64,000 nt of DNA, taken from the NCBI GenBank assembly GCA_964019425.1, contig OZ025784.1, positions 744,001-808,000 of the forward strand, in the 5' to 3' direction. Source of the DNA: Flectonema sp. DT1601 (taxonomy: Eukaryota). Positions within the stretch are counted from its first letter, which is position 1, and each line of letters starts with the position of its first letter. The notes beneath the pieces were generated by a model. That model was not told where the DNA came from and ran no database searches. It was given only the letters and a program-made list of their open reading frames with translations. Both the position numbers and the translations under genes were made by a program. Of this stretch, positions 59,064-64,000 are shown one piece after another.

Positions 59064-59534
59064 ATAGGAGAAGGGATAGAAAACGAACATAACAATAAGA
59101 TTCTAAGTGAGGAACACTTAGCAGAAATACTTAGCAGCTTTTAAGGAGCTGAAAAGCAAAAAAAAAATCTAAGTGAGAAACACTTAGTAGAAACACTTTG
59201 TAGCTAATTGAGCTGAAAATAAAAAAATAAAAAATTTTCTAAGTGAGAGATACTTAGCAACTTTTAGAACAAATATTTCAGTAAATAACCTGTTGAAATG
59301 GTAGTTAATGTAACCATTACAGGTTTGATGCCAATACTGACAAAGACTGAGTTGAGTTTACCAGGTGAGATTTGGACTGTTAGCTTTTGGCTAAGGCCCT
59401 CCCTGAAGAGCAAGAACAAAAAAACTACTCACACCTGAAGAAAACATACACAAAGAACACACTGTAAGCTGTGTGTGTATTTTGTGTTTGTCACAACAGG
59501 AGAGAAAAGAAAGAATGTCAAGGTTGGTCACCTT
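59064..59534. repeat. 1396-bp repeat resumed: last 285 bp of unit 2 and start of unit 3
   Basis: Matches 31996-32280, then the unit start GAGTTGAGTTTACC at 59349. Confidence 0.9.
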
Positions 59535-60061
59535 ATGTTATCATTGTTTTTTTATCGATCGACTATGTCGATCACTTTCTATTTTCCGTCCTGGTCAGGA
59601 CGCTAAACTGATTGTTTTTTCTTTAAAAATAAATAAAAAGAATAAAAAAAAAAAAAAAGGAATAAACAATGTTATCATTGTTTTTTTTTTTTATCGATCG
59701 ACTATGTCGATTACTTTCTATTTTCCGTCCTGGTCAAGACGCTAAACTGATTGTTTTTTCTTTAAAAATAAATAAAAAGAATAAAAAAAAAAAAAAAAGG
59801 AATAAACAATGTTATCATTGTTTTTTTTTATCGATCGACTATGTCGATTACTTTCTATTTTCCGTCCTAGTCAAGACGCTAAACTGATTGTTTTTTCTTT
59901 AAAATAATTAAAAGGATTTTAAAAAAAAAAAAAAAAAAAAAAAAAGAATAAACAATGTTATCATTGTTTTTTTATCGATCGACTATGTCGATTAATTTCT
60001 ATTTTCCGTCCTGATCGAGACACTAAACTGATTGTTTCCTTTTTTTAAATAATAAATAAAA
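59535..60061 (+). mobile_element. Retrotransposon tail copy F (satellite units incl. terminal variant; cap not adjacent)
   Basis: Four satellite units ending in CCTGATCGAGACAC...AATAATAAATAAA, then unrelated GC-rich DNA. Confidence 0.65.
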
Positions 60062-60241
60062 CGCAGGCAGAATCCACCTCTGCCAAAAAACCGAAAGCTG
60101 AGGCAGACCGTCCACCGCTTACCGCAGCCGACCCTGATGGAAGCCCGAGGTCAACGGCCAGCCCGAAGAATAAGAAGCAATGGTCCCCTGGCTCAGACTC
60201 ACAAGACGAGCCCGTACCATTGAAGAAGCCGAAGACATCTG

Positions 60242-60761
60242 TTTCCGTCCTGATCGAGACGCTAAACTGATTGTTTCCTTTTTTTTTTTAAATAATAAAT
60301 AAAAAAATAAAAAAATAAAAAAATAAAAAAATAAAAAAAAGAGCATCTCCCTGCTATCCCTCATATCCCCACAATAATATTATACCTTTTCATTTTCTCT
60401 TTCCTTTTCTGGTCTTTTTTTTTTTTTTTTTTTTTTTCTTTTTTTCCTTTTTCATACAACGTTTTTTTTACTTATATATATATATTTTTTTTTTTTTTTT
60501 TCATGTTTGATTATTTCCTCTTCATTTTTTTTTTTTCTTTTTTCTTTTCTTTCTTTTTTTTCTTTTTTTCTCTGCCTCTCTCTTAATTCTGTTCGTTTCT
60601 TTGAAACGAAAATTCATTTGAATATTATTCCTTGGTCAGCAACCATCATTGTCGCCCTTTGGGCCTGTTAAAAAAAATAAAAAATAAAAAGAAAGTTTAC
60701 ATCGGGAATAGGGCAGGAGCCAAAAGCTCCCAGTCCGTTACTTCCCACTTTATCGAAATTC
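60242..60761 (+). mobile_element. Retrotransposon tail copy G (short: partial terminal unit plus cap)
   Basis: Cap 60341-60761 ending TTTATCGAAATTC; GC-rich ORF relic on both sides. Confidence 0.75.
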
Positions 60762-60977
60762 GAGGTGGCCCAGGAAGCTACAGACCCTCCGGAGAAAGTA
60801 GGACTCGATGCCTCCGAAGAACCAGCTAACACCCACACGGAAGGGGAGCATGCCTAGCAGACACCTTCACCAAGGAAGTGCGTGATACCTCCGATGAACC
60901 AGCAGACAGCCTCACCAACGAAGAACATGATGCCGCCGTAGAACCAGCAGGCACCCTCACGGAAGGAGAATATGCCT

Positions 60978-61553
60978 TCCCCATTTACTTTTTATTTTCT
61001 ATTAGTTCTGGTCAGAAACTCCTGGGCAGCAAGAAGGAAAGTAGTTAAGTACTTCTGGGTGTTTGGCATCACCCCCCATAGTGAGCAAGTACAACAGGTA
61101 GCATTGGTAGTCTGTTGATCCTGAGTGATCCCAGCTACAGTTTTGTTTTTCTTTCTTTTTTTTAGAAGAAGATCAGGACATCCAAGCACTGCTGGATAGT
61201 TGCTGAATGCAGGGCCTGCCTGTGGCATTATAATAACAGGCTAAGTCATTTGTAGTTCATAGTTTACCTTTGATTTTATAACTTCACACAGGGTACTATG
61301 AACGATGAGAGATCCAGTGGGATCACTCAGGGTCTAGTAGAGACCACCAATGTTGTGCGTTGATAGGCAAGGTGACCAACCTTGACATTCTTTCTTTTCT
61401 CTCCTGTTGTGACAAACACAAAATACACACACAGCTTACAGTGTGTTCTTTGTGTATGTTTTCTTCAGGTGTGAGTAGTTTTTTTGTTCTTGCTCTTCAG
61501 GGAGGGCCTTAGCCAAAAGCTAACAGTCCAAATCTCACCTGGTAACTTAACTC
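60978..61553 (-). repeat. Inverted ~575-bp fragment of the 1396-bp unit
   Basis: Reverse complement of about 30885-31460 (same 78-aa ORF), inserted in the GC-rich repeat at ATGCC|TCCGGAGAA. Confidence 0.85.
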
Positions 61554-61673
61554 CGGAGAACTGACAGACACCCCCACCAATGAAGTGCGTGGAACCTCCG
61601 AAGAATCAGTAGACATCCTCACCAAAGAAGAACATGATGCCTCCGTAGAAACAGAGGATGCCCTCACGGAAGG

Positions 61674-62091
61674 CTGAATTCGATAGAGTGGGAAGTAACG
61701 GACTGGGAGCTTTTGGCTCCTGCCCTATTCCCGATGTAAACTTTCTTTTTATTTTTTTTTTTTTTTTTTAACAGGCCCAGAGGGCGACAATGACTGTTGC
61801 TGACCAAGGAATAATATTCAAATGAATTTTCGTTTCAAAGAAACGAACAGAATTAAGAGAGAGGCAGAGAAAAAAAAAAAAAAAAGAAAGAAAAGAAAAG
61901 AAAAAAAAAATATGAAGAGGAAATAATCAAACATGAAAAAAATAAAAAAAAAAAAATAAAATATAAATAAAAAACGTTGTATGAAAAAGGAAAAAAAAGA
62001 AAAAAAAAAAAAAAAAAAAAAAGACCAGAAAAGGAAAGAGAAAATGAAAAGGTATAATATTATTGTGGGGATATGAGGATAGCAGGGAGAT

Positions 62092-62126
<35 letters not shown>

Positions 62127-63192
62127 TTATTATTTAAAAAAAGGAAACAATCAGTTTAGCGTCTCGATCGGGACGGAAAATAGAAATTAATCGACATAGT
62201 CGATCGATAGAAAAAAAAACAATGATAACATTGTTTATTCTTTTTTTTTTTTTTTTTTTTTTTTAAATCCTTTTAATTATTTTAAAGAAAAAACAATCAG
62301 TTTAGCGTCTTGACCAGGACGGAAAATAGAAAGTGATCGACATAGTCGATCGATAAAAAAACAATGATAACATTGTTTATTCATTTTTTTTATTTTTTTT
62401 TAAATTCTTATTATTTATTTTTTAAAGAAAAAAAAACGGAAAATAAAAATTAGTCGACAAAGTCGAACGATAAAAAAAAAACAATGATAACATTGTTTAT
62501 TCTTTTTTTTTTTGTTTTTTTTTTATATTCTTTTTTATTAATTTTGAAAAAAAAAACAATCAGTTTAGCGTCTTGACCAGGACGGAAAATAGAAAGTAAT
62601 CGACATAGTCGATCGATAAAAAAACAATGATAACATTGTTTAATCTTTTTTTTTAAATTCTTTTTATTTATTTTTTAAAGCAAAAAAACGGAAAATAGAA
62701 ATTAGTCGACAAAGTCGAACGATAAAAAAACAATGATAACATTGTTTATTCTTTTTTTTATTTTTTTTATATTTTTTTTTAATTAATTTTGAAAAAAAAA
62801 CAATCAGTTTAGCGTCTTGACCAGGACGGAAAATAGAAAGCGATCGACATAGTCGATCGATAAGAAAACAATGATAACATTGTTTATTCTTTTTTTTTAT
62901 TTTAAATTCTTTTTATTTATTTTTTAAAGAAAAAAAACGGAAAATAGAAATTAGTCGACAAGGACGAACGATAAAAAAAAACAATGATAACATTGTTTAT
63001 TCTTTTTTTTGTATTTTTTTTATATTCTTTTTTATTAATTTTGAAAAAAAAAAAAAAAAACAGTCAGTTTAGCGTCTTGACCAGGACGGAAAATAGAAAG
63101 TGATCGACATAGTCGATCGATAAAAAAACAATGATAACATTGTTTATTCTTTTTTTTTATTTTAAATTCTTTTTATTTATTTTTTAAAGAAA
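61674..63192 (-). mobile_element. Retrotransposon tail copy H (cap plus satellite)
   Basis: Reverse-complement cap 61674-62096, satellite to 63192. The flanks CACGGAAGG|AGAACATGCC rejoin as in the intact repeat at 60958-60976. Confidence 0.8.
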
Positions 63193-64000
63193 AGAACATG
63201 CCTCCGGAGAACCGACAGACACCCCCGCCAAGGAAGACCGCGATACCTTCGAAGAACCAGTAGGCATCCTCACCAAAGGCGAGCGTGAACTGTCCAGCCC
63301 TTCATCGCAGCCGGAAGAACACAACACGGAGATCCACACACCCCCTATAGCCAGAACACTAATTCTCGATAGCCCTAACAACTCTACAGAAGAACCGACG
63401 CCGAAGACCAGAAGAGCTAGGAGCAGCCCACCCCGGACAGGGACAAGCGGTTCCGATGCCTCCACAAACGACGCCGAAGACATCAAACCGACCTGTGACC
63501 ACGCACCACCGATGCAAAAGGGACCAAGGGTCAAATGTGACTTCTGCCGTAGATTGCTACAACGGAAATGGCTCAGGAGCAGATGCACGAAGTGCCAGAT
63601 AACCACCTGCCGCAGGTGCTGGACCGCCGGAGAGAAGAATGCCACCAGAGCCTTGGCTCACCCAGACGGTACGCCAAGACACGGGAGGACGAGGTCGTGC
63701 CCGTCCCCAGCCGAGAAGACAAAGAAAAAGTTATCACCATACAGTTCCGCGGACTCAGAGAAGACCAACCTGAGTCCGGGGAAGAGACTTAAAGACGACT
63801 GCTGAGATCTGTGGGTGTACTCACACGTCCCCTCCCCCCTCCTCCCCCCACCCCCCCCCTTTATACCCACCGGAATAGATAATTTCTTTTAAAAGTGTCA
63901 CTGTGAGACCTCAAAGAAAGCCGCACGTCCTCGGCAAAAAGAAGCCTGAGATGCTGACAAAAAGTCGATCTGTTAGTGAAACCTTGCCACTTAGCTTAGC

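Larger units (their letters stand above)
60062..63805 (+). pseudogene. Fragmented acidic/Pro-rich repeat protein with a C-terminal Cys6 zinc-finger-like motif
   Basis: Pieces 60062-60241, 60762-60977, 61554-61673 and 63193-63805. The frame is open from 63194 to 63805 with DASEEP-like repeats and CDFC-x12-CTKC-x4-CRRC; in-frame stops occur in earlier pieces. Confidence 0.55.

Noticed and set aside
24206..60829. Many 60-110 aa F/K-rich ORFs in satellites, 212-bp repeats, caps and the 1396-bp unit
   Set aside because: Translations of homopolymer-rich repeats with frames varying between copies; no protein motifs.
23696..63192. CRISPR-like interpretation of the palindromic arrays near an RT
   Set aside because: Inter-repeat segments are A/T homopolymer tracts rather than unique spacers; no cas genes; the RT is of eukaryotic non-LTR type.

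Overview
Eukaryotic, probably protist DNA (intronless tandem genes, AT-rich repeats, standard genetic code; taxon not determinable from the sequence). It has two parts. (1) 1-22.5 kb: a head-to-tail array of three near-identical minus-strand genes for a large type-I membrane protein. Each has a signal peptide, 48/38/44 copies of a 34-aa four-cysteine follistatin-N-like repeat, a Cys-rich region with W-x-CC modules, a TM helix and a short tail. (2) 23.7-64 kb: a nested transposon cluster. It is dominated by eight 5'-truncated copies (A-H) of one RLE-type (HERO/NeSL-like) non-LTR retrotransposon family. This element has two unusual properties: a ~560-aa coiled-coil extension fused after the restriction-like endonuclease, and a ~4.8-5.7 kb 3' tail made of palindromic 212-bp and ~120-bp satellite arrays that ends in a fixed stem-loop cap (...TATCGAAATTC). 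Junctions resolve to about 1 bp. Copies D and E sit antisense inside copy C, which sits inside a 1396-bp tandem repeat, and this nesting creates multi-kb inverted repeats. Four TIR DNA elements are nested in the tails: a pogo-like relic, a CAGTC-ended element, a CATAC-ended element and a TA-MITE. A fragmented acidic-repeat/zinc-finger ORF lies at the right end.
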